Shown here piece by piece: positions 19,180 to 28,268 of a stretch of DNA of 64,000 nt. The notes under the pieces were generated by a model. That model ran no database searches and was not told the origin of the DNA. It saw only the letters and a program-made list of their open reading frames with translations. This DNA is from an uncultured Actinomycetota bacterium (GTDB taxonomy: Bacteria > Actinomycetota > Actinomycetes > Streptosporangiales > Streptosporangiaceae). Both the position numbers and the translations under genes were made by a program. The stretch is taken from assembly GCA_963773105.1 (NCBI GenBank), contig CAVZAA010000003.1:1040161-1104160 (forward strand), given 5' to 3'. Position 1 is the stretch's first letter. Every line of letters begins with the position of its first letter.

Positions 19180-20960
19180 TAGTTGTTACCCCACCGCCTA
19201 AGGAGTCAGCCCGCGACCGTTACGGTCGCGGGCTGGCCCGCCTGTCCTGGCTGCGGCCTGGCCGCTTCGGCATGCCGCTGTTCTGGCTCATCCTGTGTGC
19301 GATCATCCTGGCCCCGTGCGCCTGCTTCCTGCTGCTGGCGGTGTCCCCCCGGCTGTTCGACCAGGGCTCGCAGTGGTTCACGCTGAGCTACCTGCAGCAG
19401 GCGCTCACCGGGTCCACCGCGGTCGCCGTGGTCAACTCGCTGTGGGTCTCCTGCACGGCCGCCTTCATCGGCCTGGCCTGCGGCTTCCCCATCGCCTGGC
19501 TGGCGGCGCGCACCACGCTGCCCGGCCGCCGCTGGGTCAGCGGCGGCATGTGGCTGGCCCTGCTGCTGCCCTCGTGGCTGCCCTCCATCGGCTGGGAGCG
19601 CCTCGTGCAGCAGGACGGCGTCATGTACCGGCTGGGCCTGGACTGGCCATGGGTCACCCACCTGATCATGGGGCCGTTCGGCGTCGTGCTGGTGCTCGGG
19701 CTGCGCTGCGTGCCGTTCTCCTACCTGGCGATCTCCGCGTCCCTGAACGGGCTCGGGCAGGAGTTCGAGGACGCCGCCCGGGTCCACGGCGCGTCCCGCT
19801 GGCAGGCGCTGCGGGTGATCGTGCCGATCCTCGCCCCGGCGATCATGTCGGCCCTGGCGATCGGCTTCGCCGAGTCGATTTCGGACTTTGGCGTGGCGGC
19901 TACCTTGGCCTACAACTCCAACTTCTCGCTGGCCACCTACGCGCTCTACGCGGCGATCGGCAACTTCCCGCCATCCTTCCCGCTCGCCGCCGGGATGGCC
20001 TGGCTGCTGGTCGCCGCCGTCTCGATCCCGCTCTTCCTGCAGGCGCGGGCGCTGCGGGGCCGGTCCTACGCGATCTTGTCCGGGCGGACGCGGCAGGCGG
20101 TGCGACGGCGGATGTCCCGGCTCGAGTCGGTGGCGGCCGGGTCCGGGCTTCTGCTCTTCTTCCTGATCATCTTGGGCATCCCGGGGTTCGGCGCGGTGTC
20201 GGGATCGCTGCTGGGCGACTTCGGCAGCTCCTTCACCCTGACGTGGGTCAACTACCAGGCGCTGTTCCAGCAGCCGGGGCTCATCGGGCCGCTGGAACGG
20301 TCCATGTTCTACGGCGCGATAGCCGCGACGGTCACCGTCTTGCTCGGCTTTATCGCCGCCCGGCTGCTGTCGGCGCCGCGGCGCACGAAGGCCACCGGGG
20401 CGATGGACTACCTGCTGCTGGCCTCGGTCGCGCTGCCGGGGGTGGTGTTCGGGGCGGGCTACATCTTCGCCTACAACCTGCCGATCATGTCCACCCTGCA
20501 CATCGACCTTTACCAGACCGTGCAGCTGCTGGTCATCGCCTACATCGCCTCGTCCCTGCCGACCAACGCGCGGGTGCTGGTCGGCTCGGTCTCGCAGATC
20601 CAGGGGTCCCTGCGCGACGCCGCGCGGACGCACGGGGCGGGCGCCGTCGCGGCCTGGGCGCGGGGAGTGCTGCCGGTCGTCTCCCGGCCCCTCATGATGG
20701 CCTGGCTGTACACGTTCTGCGGCGTCTTCCTGGAGCTGCCGCTGTCGCAGCTGCTCTACGCCCCCGGCTCGCCGCCCGCCTCGATCGCCATCGAGGACAA
20801 CCTGTCCAACTACCATTTCGGCGTCGGCATGGCGCAGGCCGTGCTCGCCGTGGCCATCGCCTTCGCCGTCGTCGCGGTCGTGCTCGGCGGCTACCGGCTG
20901 CTCGCCCCGGCCGGCTGGCGCCGGATCGGAGGAACCGTCCGTGGCTGGGATCGTGTTTAG
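19176..20960 (+). CDS. ABC transporter permease (fused double, FbpB-like)
   Basis: About 12 TM helices; two EAA-type motifs (FEDAARVHGA, LRDAARTHGA). Confidence 0.9.
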   Translation: MIVVTPPPKESARDRYGRGLARLSWLRPGRFGMPLFWLILCAIILAPCACFLLLAVSPRLFDQGSQWFTLSYLQQALTGSTAVAVVNSLWVSCTAAFIGLACGFPIAWLAARTTLPGRRWVSGGMWLALLLPSWLPSIGWERLVQQDGVMYRLGLDWPWVTHLIMGPFGVVLVLGLRCVPFSYLAISASLNGLGQEFEDAARVHGASRWQALRVIVPILAPAIMSALAIGFAESISDFGVAATLAYNSNFSLATYALYAAIGNFPPSFPLAAGMAWLLVAAVSIPLFLQARALRGRSYAILSGRTRQAVRRRMSRLESVAAGSGLLLFFLIILGIPGFGAVSGSLLGDFGSSFTLTWVNYQALFQQPGLIGPLERSMFYGAIAATVTVLLGFIAARLLSAPRRTKATGAMDYLLLASVALPGVVFGAGYIFAYNLPIMSTLHIDLYQTVQLLVIAYIASSLPTNARVLVGSVSQIQGSLRDAARTHGAGAVAAWARGVLPVVSRPLMMAWLYTFCGVFLELPLSQLLYAPGSPPASIAIEDNLSNYHFGVGMAQAVLAVAIAFAVVAVVLGGYRLLAPAGWRRIGGTVRGWDRV

Positions 20961-21010
20961 CCGCGGGCGGTTTTTTGGTTTTGGCTTTTTTGGGATTGGA
21001 GGAACGGACC

Positions 21011-22186
21011 GTGGCTTCGCCCATCTCGATCGCTTCGCTCACTAAGACGTACCCCGGGGGCAGCGTGCCCGCGTTGAAGGCGGTCTCGCTCGACGTCGCC
21101 CCCGGCACCTTCCTCGTCCTGCTGGGGCCGTCGGGGTCGGGCAAGACGACGCTGCTGCGCTGCCTGGCCGGCATCGAGCGGATCGACAGCGGGTCGATCT
21201 CGCTGAGCTCGCGGACGGTGGCCGACGGCCGCTCGCACGTCCCGCCCGAGCAGCGCGACCTGTCGATGGTGTTCCAGGACTACGCGCTCTGGCCGCACCT
21301 GACCGCGCTCGACAACGTGGCCTTCGCGCTGCGACGACGGCGGCTGGGAAGGGCCGAGTGCCGCCTGCGGGCTGCTGTGATGCTTGAGCGAGTGGGCCTG
21401 GCCGACTTCGCGCGCCGCTACCCGAACGAGCTGTCGGGCGGGCAGCAGCAGCGGGTGGCGCTGGCCCGGGCGCTGATCGCGGACACCGGTCTGATCCTGT
21501 GCGACGAGCCGCTGTCCAACCTCGACGCCGACCTGCGCGAGCGGATGCGGGTGGAGATCTCCTCGCTGGTCCGGGAGGCGGGCGCCACCACCGTCTACAT
21601 CACCCACGACCAGGCCGAGGCGTTCGCGCTGGCGGACCACATCGGGGTGCTCGAGGAAGGCGTGCTGGTGCAGGCGGGCACGCCCGAGGACGTCTACAAC
21701 CACCCCGCCACCCCGTTCGTGGCCCGGTTCACCGGGCTGGCGGGCGAACTGCGGGTCCGCGTGGTGGCGGAGGGCGGCGACGGCACCCTGGAGATCGCCG
21801 CGGCCGACCCCGCCGCCGGGCGGCTGCCCGCGCTCCGCCCGGCCGGCACCGCCGAGGGCTCCGCCGCGGCGGGGCGCGCGCTCCGCCCGGGTGACGAGGC
21901 GCTGCTGGCGATCAGGCCGACTGGCGTCTTCCTGGCGCACGCCGAGGCGGACGAGCGGCATCTGACCGGGCGGGTCGCCGACGTGGCGTTCCGCGGCCGG
22001 GGGTACGAGTACGCCATCGACCTGCCCGGCCTCGGCCGGCTGACCGGCGTGTTCGCCCGGCACCGAGCCAGCCGCGGCGATGAGGTGGGCATCCGCCTCG
22101 ACCCCGAGGGCTGCCATCTGTTCCCGGCCGACACCGCGCCCGCAGCGGAGGCCGCCGCGCCGAGCACCTCTGTTCTCACCGCCTAG
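21011..22186 (+). CDS. ABC transporter ATP-binding protein (FbpC/PotA-like, TOBE domain)
   Basis: GPSGSGKTT, LSGGQQQR, LCDEP and ITHD motifs; GGAGG RBS before GTG 21011. Confidence 0.92.
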   Translation: MASPISIASLTKTYPGGSVPALKAVSLDVAPGTFLVLLGPSGSGKTTLLRCLAGIERIDSGSISLSSRTVADGRSHVPPEQRDLSMVFQDYALWPHLTALDNVAFALRRRRLGRAECRLRAAVMLERVGLADFARRYPNELSGGQQQRVALARALIADTGLILCDEPLSNLDADLRERMRVEISSLVREAGATTVYITHDQAEAFALADHIGVLEEGVLVQAGTPEDVYNHPATPFVARFTGLAGELRVRVVAEGGDGTLEIAAADPAAGRLPALRPAGTAEGSAAAGRALRPGDEALLAIRPTGVFLAHAEADERHLTGRVADVAFRGRGYEYAIDLPGLGRLTGVFARHRASRGDEVGIRLDPEGCHLFPADTAPAAEAAAPSTSVLTA

Positions 22187-22196
22187 GCCCGCCCTT

Positions 22197-22311
22197 TCGG
22201 TGGCGTAGACGACAGGAACCCGTGGCTGTCACCTACGCCATCGACCGCGCCTATGGGTGTCGCTGGCGTAGGCGACAGGCGGCGTAGGGGGTCGATGGCG
22301 TAGCCGACAGG
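22197..22311. repeat. REP-like cluster 1 (unit GTCGATGGCGTAGGCGACAGG, 4 copies)
   Basis: Forward 22197-22216, reverse 22226-22245, forward 22259-22279, forward 22291-22311. Confidence 0.88.
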
Positions 22312-22381
22312 TTCGGGGGATGGGCATCGGGTGATCCTGGGCGATGTCGTAGTAGCGGGCGTCTTACTGGTAGCAATGCCC

Positions 22382-22427
22382 TTGACGGCCACCCTGCTTC
22401 GTCGGTACGTTACTCAAGTAACTAACC
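22382..22427 (+). promoter_or_regulatory. promoter and palindromic GntR/YtrA-type operator
   Basis: -35 TTGACG (22382), -10 TACGTT (22406), overlapping palindrome GGTnnGTTACT-CA-AGTAACnnACC. Confidence 0.7.
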
Positions 22428-22462
22428 AATGTTCCTTGAGGAGGCGGGGTCGGTTGCGGGAG

Positions 22463-22861
22463 ATGGCTGGTCTCGATGAGGGCACGCCGCTGTTCGCGCA
22501 GATCGCGGAGCGGCTGGCCGAGGAGATAGCGGACGGCGGGCTGGCCGAGGGCGAGCGGGTGCCGTCGATGAACGAGCTGGCCGCGTTCTACCGGATCAAC
22601 CCGGCCACCGCGGCCAAGGGCATCAACCTGCTGGCCGACGAAGGCCTGCTGGAAAAGCGACGCGGCATCGGGATGTTCGTGGCGTCCGGCGCCCGCAAGC
22701 GGCTGCTGGCGCAGCGCCGTGACCAGTTCGCCGACCGCTTCGTCGAGCCGCTGGTGACCGAGGCCGGCCGGCTCGGCATCGGCCCTGACGAGCTCGTCAC
22801 CCTGGTCAGGGAGTCCACGCACGCGTCCCCCCTTAACACGCAAGGAGGTGTCACGGTATGA
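22463..22861 (+). CDS. GntR family regulator, YtrA subfamily
   Basis: PLFAQI...PS.NELA..Y.INP.T...RGIGMFV; short C-terminal domain; precedes ABC genes. Confidence 0.92.
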   Translation: MAGLDEGTPLFAQIAERLAEEIADGGLAEGERVPSMNELAAFYRINPATAAKGINLLADEGLLEKRRGIGMFVASGARKRLLAQRRDQFADRFVEPLVTEAGRLGIGPDELVTLVRESTHASPLNTQGGVTV

Positions 22862-23751
22862 CGCCGGCCATCTCCGTGACCGGCCTGACCCGCCGCTACC
22901 ACGACCAGCTGGCCCTCGACCAGGTCAGCCTGGAGGTCGAGGCGGGGTCGATCACCGGATTGCTCGGCCGAAACGGCGCGGGCAAGACCACGCTGCTGCG
23001 CATTCTCGCGGGCCAGGAGTTCCCCTCATCGGGCAGCGTTCTCATCCACGGCGCGCCGCCGGCCGAGAACGAGGCGGTGCTGCGCCGCATGGTGTTCGTC
23101 CGCGAGGATCAGGTCTACCCCGACTTCAAGGTCCGCCACGCGCTCACGGCCGCGTCGTGGTTCTACCCGCGCTGGAGCGCCGAGCTGGCGAACGCCCTGC
23201 TGGCGGACTTCGAACTACCCCCGGGCAGGGCGATCAAGAAGCTGTCGCGGGGGATGCGCTCCGCCCTCGGGATCGTGATCGGCCTGGCCGCCCGGGCCGA
23301 CGTGACCCTGTTTGACGAGCCCTACGCGGGCCTGGACGCGGTGGCGAGGCAGGTCTTCTACGACCGGCTGCTGGCCGAGTACGCCGAGCATCCCCGCACG
23401 ATCCTGCTCTCCACCCACCTGATCGACGAGGCGGCCGGGCTGCTTGAGCGCGTGGTCGTGATCGATCGTGGCCGGGTGGTGCTGAGCGCGGGCGCCGACG
23501 ACCTCCGGGGCGTCGCCACCGCCGTGAGCGGGCCGCTCCTGGCGGTGGACGAGTTCACCGCCAGGCGCGAGGTCTGGGACCGACGGCGGATCGCCTCGCA
23601 GGCTTCGGTCGTCGTGGTCGGCCCGCTTGACGAAGCCGACCGCGCGCGGGCCAGGTCGCTGCACCTGGATCTGTCGCCGCTGACATTGCAGCAACTCGTC
23701 GTGCACGCCGCCGGGCAGCCGGCCGACGCTCTGGAAGGGACAAGCGCATGA
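22858..23751 (+). CDS. ABC-2 type ATP-binding protein
   Basis: GRNGAGKTT, LSRGM, FDEP, STH. Confidence 0.92.
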   Translation: MTPAISVTGLTRRYHDQLALDQVSLEVEAGSITGLLGRNGAGKTTLLRILAGQEFPSSGSVLIHGAPPAENEAVLRRMVFVREDQVYPDFKVRHALTAASWFYPRWSAELANALLADFELPPGRAIKKLSRGMRSALGIVIGLAARADVTLFDEPYAGLDAVARQVFYDRLLAEYAEHPRTILLSTHLIDEAAGLLERVVVIDRGRVVLSAGADDLRGVATAVSGPLLAVDEFTARREVWDRRRIASQASVVVVGPLDEADRARARSLHLDLSPLTLQQLVVHAAGQPADALEGTSA

Positions 23752-24443
23752 GAACGTGGCGCGACGTCGCCCGCTACCACCTGGTCCTGCCGTGGCTGGC
23801 CCTGGGGCTGCCGTGGGCGATCCTGGCGATCAGCTTCACCGTGAACCTGGTGATCTTCTCCTTCGTGCCGCAGGTCCCCAACGCCACGCCCAACTACACC
23901 GGCGGGGTGGCGAGCATCTACCTCTTCTTCCTGGTGATCGGGATCAACAGCATCGGCCGGTCGCTGCCGTTCGGGCTGGCCCTGGGCGTGAGCCGCCGCT
24001 CCTTCTACACCGGGACCGCGCTGCTCGGCGTTGCGGTGGCCTTCGTCGACGGACTCGCGCTGACCGTATTGCAGGCGATCGAGCGGGCCACCGACGGCTG
24101 GGGCGCGAACATGCATTTCTTCCAGGTCCCGTACATCCTGGACGGGCCCTGGTACCTCACCTGGCTGACGTCGTTCGTCGGGCTGGCCCTGCTGTGGGTC
24201 TGGGGCATGTGGTTCGGGATCGTCTACCGGCGCTGGAACCTGTTCGGCTCGGTGGCCTTCATCGCCGCCCAGGCCACCGTCCTGCTCGTGGCGGTGCTGC
24301 TGGTCGTCTGGGCGGACGCGTGGTCGGGAGTCGGCCACTTCTTCACCGGCCTGACCGCGGCCGGGCTGACCGGGCTGCTCGCGGGGCTGGCGGCGCTGCT
24401 CCTGGCGGGCGGCCACGCCACCATCCGCAGCGCCGCCGTCTGA
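23748..24443 (+). CDS. ABC-2 type permease
   Basis: 6 TM helices, LALGVSRRSF; ATGA coupling with the ATPase gene. Confidence 0.85.
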   Translation: MRTWRDVARYHLVLPWLALGLPWAILAISFTVNLVIFSFVPQVPNATPNYTGGVASIYLFFLVIGINSIGRSLPFGLALGVSRRSFYTGTALLGVAVAFVDGLALTVLQAIERATDGWGANMHFFQVPYILDGPWYLTWLTSFVGLALLWVWGMWFGIVYRRWNLFGSVAFIAAQATVLLVAVLLVVWADAWSGVGHFFTGLTAAGLTGLLAGLAALLLAGGHATIRSAAV

Positions 24444-24455
24444 TGGAGGCCGACC

Positions 24456-24833
24456 TTGCTCCCGGTCCTGCTGATGCTCGCTTACCCCGGCCCGACCTAC
24501 GCGCGGCCGGTTCGGGCGCCCGGACAGCGCGCGTCCGACGCCGACCGGGACATCGCGACGGATATCCTCTGCGCCGCGGTCGGCGACGGACGCCTGACGC
24601 TGAACGAACTGGACGAGCGGCTCGGGGCCGCCTTGTCCGCGCGGACCAGAGCCGAGCTGGCCGCGCTGATCGCCGACCTGCCCGGCCGCCGGTGCCCGCC
24701 GTCGCCCGCCGGTTCACGTCCTCGGCCGGGCGATCCGGCCGTCTCGCCCGGCGCGCTGACACTCAGCCGGTGGTCGCTCATCCAGTCGCTGGTCGACGCG
24801 CGGGCAGCGGCGCGCCTGCCCGTCGCTGGCTAG
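24456..24833 (+). CDS. DUF1707 (SHOCT-like) domain protein
   Basis: RASDADRD...GRLTL.ELDERL..ALSART..EL..L.ADLP; GGAGG before TTG. Confidence 0.75.
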   Translation: MLPVLLMLAYPGPTYARPVRAPGQRASDADRDIATDILCAAVGDGRLTLNELDERLGAALSARTRAELAALIADLPGRRCPPSPAGSRPRPGDPAVSPGALTLSRWSLIQSLVDARAAARLPVAG

Positions 24834-26437
24834 CTGCGGGCGTAGAGGCCGGCCGCGGGGACGTAGCGATCAGGGGTAGGCGGTCCGGCGAATCCGATCA
24901 ATCGGAAGTGGTCGAGGAAATAGCCGAATAGCTGGCGATTCCAGGGGATCTGCGCGGCGGTGTTTGTAGTGAGCCAGAGGTACTGCGCCCGGTCGAGTGC
25001 CGTCTGCCACAGATCGACGAGCGGTTGCCGACCCGCCGGACTGGCGTAACGCATGAGTCCGCCGGTCATCGCGAGGAACGTGCCGAATGAGTCGACGATC
25101 TCCGGGCACCCAGGGACGTCGGAGTAGAACCGGTCGGCGGACACCGTGTCGGCGGCGTCGTTGGTGACCACGCAGGCGCCCGCCGGGATAAGCCGGTCCG
25201 CGGTCGCCGCGACCACGGTGCCGTACCGGTGGGACTCCGCCTGGAACTGCAGACACCCGGCCGCCGCGATCAGGAGGACCACCGCCGCTACCGCAGTCCG
25301 CATCCTGACGGGCCGCGGAGCGGTGAGCAGGCCGATGGGCAGCGCGAGCGCGAGCGCGAGCGTCAGGAACGGGCCGTCGAACGAGCCATAATGCGAGTAG
25401 TACAGCCTCGGCCACAGCAGCATGGCGGTCACGACCACCGCGCCTGCCAGCGAATACCCGTCAAGCGCGCGAGTGTGCCGATCCCCCGCAGACCGGACGA
25501 CGGAGCGGTAGGCCGCCACGCAGCACCCGACGAGGGCCGCCGCAAGCGCCACCAGCAGCAGCTTCCGCAGCGACCCGACGGGATGCATTCCCAGTCCCGC
25601 CAGGTCGGCGACGCGCAAGGGCAGATGCCTGGCTCCGTGGACGTTCCTGACCAGCTGGCCGATCAGGACGCCGCGGGCCAGGGCGCCGGGCGCGAGGACG
25701 GCGAACGGCAGCAGGGGCAGGCCAAGGCCTAGGGCGGCGCCCCCCGCAAGGGCCGCCGCCGGCCGCGCCCGCCGCGCGGCCACCACCAGCAGCAGCGCGG
25801 CGATGACGAGCGGGACCAGCGCCCAGATCTTGACCGCCGCGGCGAACCCGAAGAGCAGGCCCCCGCAGAGCAGGCGCGCGTTGTCGGACAGGCGCGGCGC
25901 GCGCACCGCTCCGGGCCGCGGCGGGGAAGGCGTGCTGACGAGGCGGTCGCCGTCGAAGATCGCCGCTGCGCCGGCCAGGCAGAACAGGTTCAGCCAGGGT
26001 TCGAGGAGGAAGGTGTGCGCCGCGATGATCGCATCCGGGTACACGGCATACAGTCCGCACGCCACGGCGGCCGCGAGCGGGCCCCGGTGCCTGACCAGGA
26101 CGCCAAGCAGGACGACGTTGGCGGTGTCGGCGCCGACGGTGAGCAGGCGCGCCGCCGCCAGGCCCCAGGCCGTCCCGGCCAGCTTGGCGAGCAGGGCGGC
26201 CGGCACCATCAGGAGCATGCTTCCCGGCGGCTGGACCATGGAGAAGTCGCGGTAAGGGATCACCCCGGAGACGAGGCGCAGCGCATTGCCGAAGAGGGCG
26301 CCGTCGTCGTATTCGGTCACGCCGAACAGGTAGCCGGGCCGTGCCAACTGGTACCCGCGGAGGAAGAGAGCGACCGCCGCGCAAACCGCGATGACCACCG
26401 ACACCGCAGACGGACGTCCGATCACTCCTGAAGTCAT
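24830..26437 (-). CDS. GT-C fold membrane glycosyltransferase (GT87/PMT-like)
   Basis: EYDDG, PYRDF..VQPPG, LLEPW and VKIW motifs; many TM helices. Confidence 0.78.
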   Translation of the reverse strand: MTSGVIGRPSAVSVVIAVCAAVALFLRGYQLARPGYLFGVTEYDDGALFGNALRLVSGVIPYRDFSMVQPPGSMLLMVPAALLAKLAGTAWGLAAARLLTVGADTANVVLLGVLVRHRGPLAAAVACGLYAVYPDAIIAAHTFLLEPWLNLFCLAGAAAIFDGDRLVSTPSPPRPGAVRAPRLSDNARLLCGGLLFGFAAAVKIWALVPLVIAALLLVVAARRARPAAALAGGAALGLGLPLLPFAVLAPGALARGVLIGQLVRNVHGARHLPLRVADLAGLGMHPVGSLRKLLLVALAAALVGCCVAAYRSVVRSAGDRHTRALDGYSLAGAVVVTAMLLWPRLYYSHYGSFDGPFLTLALALALPIGLLTAPRPVRMRTAVAAVVLLIAAAGCLQFQAESHRYGTVVAATADRLIPAGACVVTNDAADTVSADRFYSDVPGCPEIVDSFGTFLAMTGGLMRYASPAGRQPLVDLWQTALDRAQYLWLTTNTAAQIPWNRQLFGYFLDHFRLIGFAGPPTPDRYVPAAGLYARS

Positions 26438-26684
26438 CCAGGCAGCTAGCCGACTCTGCGTCGGGCCGTTGCGCCTATGGCGGGTGAGCTCTGTGCGCGT
26501 CACGGTGATCTCCCGCCGCCGGCCTGGCACCCCCTGCAAGGAATTCGGGACAGCGGGTGATGACATCGGATCGAGCAGAGCGTAGCGAAGATCCGACGCC
26601 CGGGCGGGCACTTTGTTGTGCAGTGGGTCACGGCTGGGCTCTGCGCAGCATCCGGGCGCTGCACGGTGCAATAACATCGGCAGC

Positions 26685-28211
26685 GTGACTGTCTCCCTTT
26701 CCAACAGCGAGTCGGCGGCCGGAACGGCCGAGGCCGACGTCCTTGTCATCGGGGTTGCGCAGACCCCAGACGGCCCGAGCGTCGCACCCGGCGCGGACGG
26801 CGTTGACGATGCGCTCGGCGGTACCCTCGCCGACGCGCTCGCCGCCCTCGGCGCGACCGGCGAACTCGAAGAACTCACCAAGATACCCGGCGGCGGCAAG
26901 CTGCCCGCCGCGCTGATCGTCGCGGTCGGGCTCGGCAGCCCGGTCGGCGACGACGCGACGTTCGACGTCGAGAACCTGCGCCGGGCCGCCGGAACGGCGC
27001 TGCGAGCGGTGGGCGCGAAGACACCGACCGTTCGAGATGACGGGGTTAAGTCTTTGGCCGTTGCCCTGCCCGCGCGGACCGCGGCCGAGGCGGAGGCCGT
27101 CACCACCGGAGCGCTGCTCGGCGCGTACACGTTCAGGAAGTACCGCGCTACCCCCGCTCTCTCCCTCGCGGTGACCGTGCTCACCAGCGATGAGAACGCG
27201 GCGGCGGTGCGCCGCGGCGAGGTGATCGCCAACGCGGTCAACCTGGTGCGCGACCTCGTCAACACCTCACCGCTCGATCTGCCCCCCGCCGCCCTCGCGG
27301 CCGAGGCGGAGCGGGTCGCGGGCGAGGCCGGCGTCGCGGTGGAGGTGCTCGACGAGGCCGCGCTGGCGGCCGGCGGATATGGCGGCCTGATCGGCGTGGG
27401 CATGGGGTCGAGCCGGCCGCCGCGGCTGGTCCGGCTCTCGTACACGCACCCGGAGGCGACCAAGACCGTCGCGTTCGTGGGCAAGGGGATCACTTTCGAC
27501 TCCGGCGGCCTCTCGCTCAAGCCGCCGAAGTCCATGGAGACGATGAAGTGCGACATGAGCGGCGCCGCGGCCGTGCTCGCCGCCACCGTGGCCGCCGCCG
27601 AGCTATCGCTCCCGGTCAACATCGTGACCTATATGACCATCGCCGAGAACATGCCGGGAGGCGGGGCCCAGCGGCCGTCCGACGTCATCACGATCTACGG
27701 CGGCAAGACGGTCGAGGTGCTCAACACCGACGCCGAGGGCCGCCTGGTGATGGCCGACGGGCTGGTCCGGTCCGGCGAGGACAACCCGGACGTGGTCGTG
27801 GACGTTGCCACCCTGACCGGCGCGGCGACGGTGGCCCTGGGCAACCGCACGGCCGGCGTCATGGGGTCTTCCGACGCGGTGGCGGCATCGGTGGCCGAGC
27901 TGATGCGCTCGGTGGGCGAGCCCGCGTGGGCGATGCCGTTCCCCGAGGAGCTGCGCAAGAGCCTCGACTCCACCGTGGCCGACCTGGCCAACGTCTCGCC
28001 CGAGCGCGGCGGCGGCATGCTGACCGCCGGGCTGTTCCTGCGCGAGTTCGTGCCCGAGGGCGCCGCCTGGGCGCACCTGGACATCGCCGGGCCCGCCTAC
28101 AACGAGAAGGCAGCCTTCGGCTACACCCCCAAGGGCGGTACCGGCGCGGCCGTCCGCGCGCTGATCGCGATCGCGGCGGCGACGGCGGACGGACGACTTA
28201 GCGGCGCATAA
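26685..28211 (+). CDS. pepA: leucyl aminopeptidase (M17)
   Basis: VGKGITFDSGG, MKCDMSG, NTDAEGRL, DVATLTG, HLDIAG. Confidence 0.96.
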   Translation: MTVSLSNSESAAGTAEADVLVIGVAQTPDGPSVAPGADGVDDALGGTLADALAALGATGELEELTKIPGGGKLPAALIVAVGLGSPVGDDATFDVENLRRAAGTALRAVGAKTPTVRDDGVKSLAVALPARTAAEAEAVTTGALLGAYTFRKYRATPALSLAVTVLTSDENAAAVRRGEVIANAVNLVRDLVNTSPLDLPPAALAAEAERVAGEAGVAVEVLDEAALAAGGYGGLIGVGMGSSRPPRLVRLSYTHPEATKTVAFVGKGITFDSGGLSLKPPKSMETMKCDMSGAAAVLAATVAAAELSLPVNIVTYMTIAENMPGGGAQRPSDVITIYGGKTVEVLNTDAEGRLVMADGLVRSGEDNPDVVVDVATLTGAATVALGNRTAGVMGSSDAVAASVAELMRSVGEPAWAMPFPEELRKSLDSTVADLANVSPERGGGMLTAGLFLREFVPEGAAWAHLDIAGPAYNEKAAFGYTPKGGTGAAVRALIAIAAATADGRLSGA

Positions 28212-28268
28212 TCGCGCCGCGATGACATGATTGAGACACTGGGTTTAAGCAAGAAGAGGGGATTTACT

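Noticed and set aside
19295-21010. Apparent 570-aa N-terminal extension of the ABC ATPase (963-aa ORF)
   Set aside because: Shadow frame of the permease; a proper RBS and GTG lie at 21011
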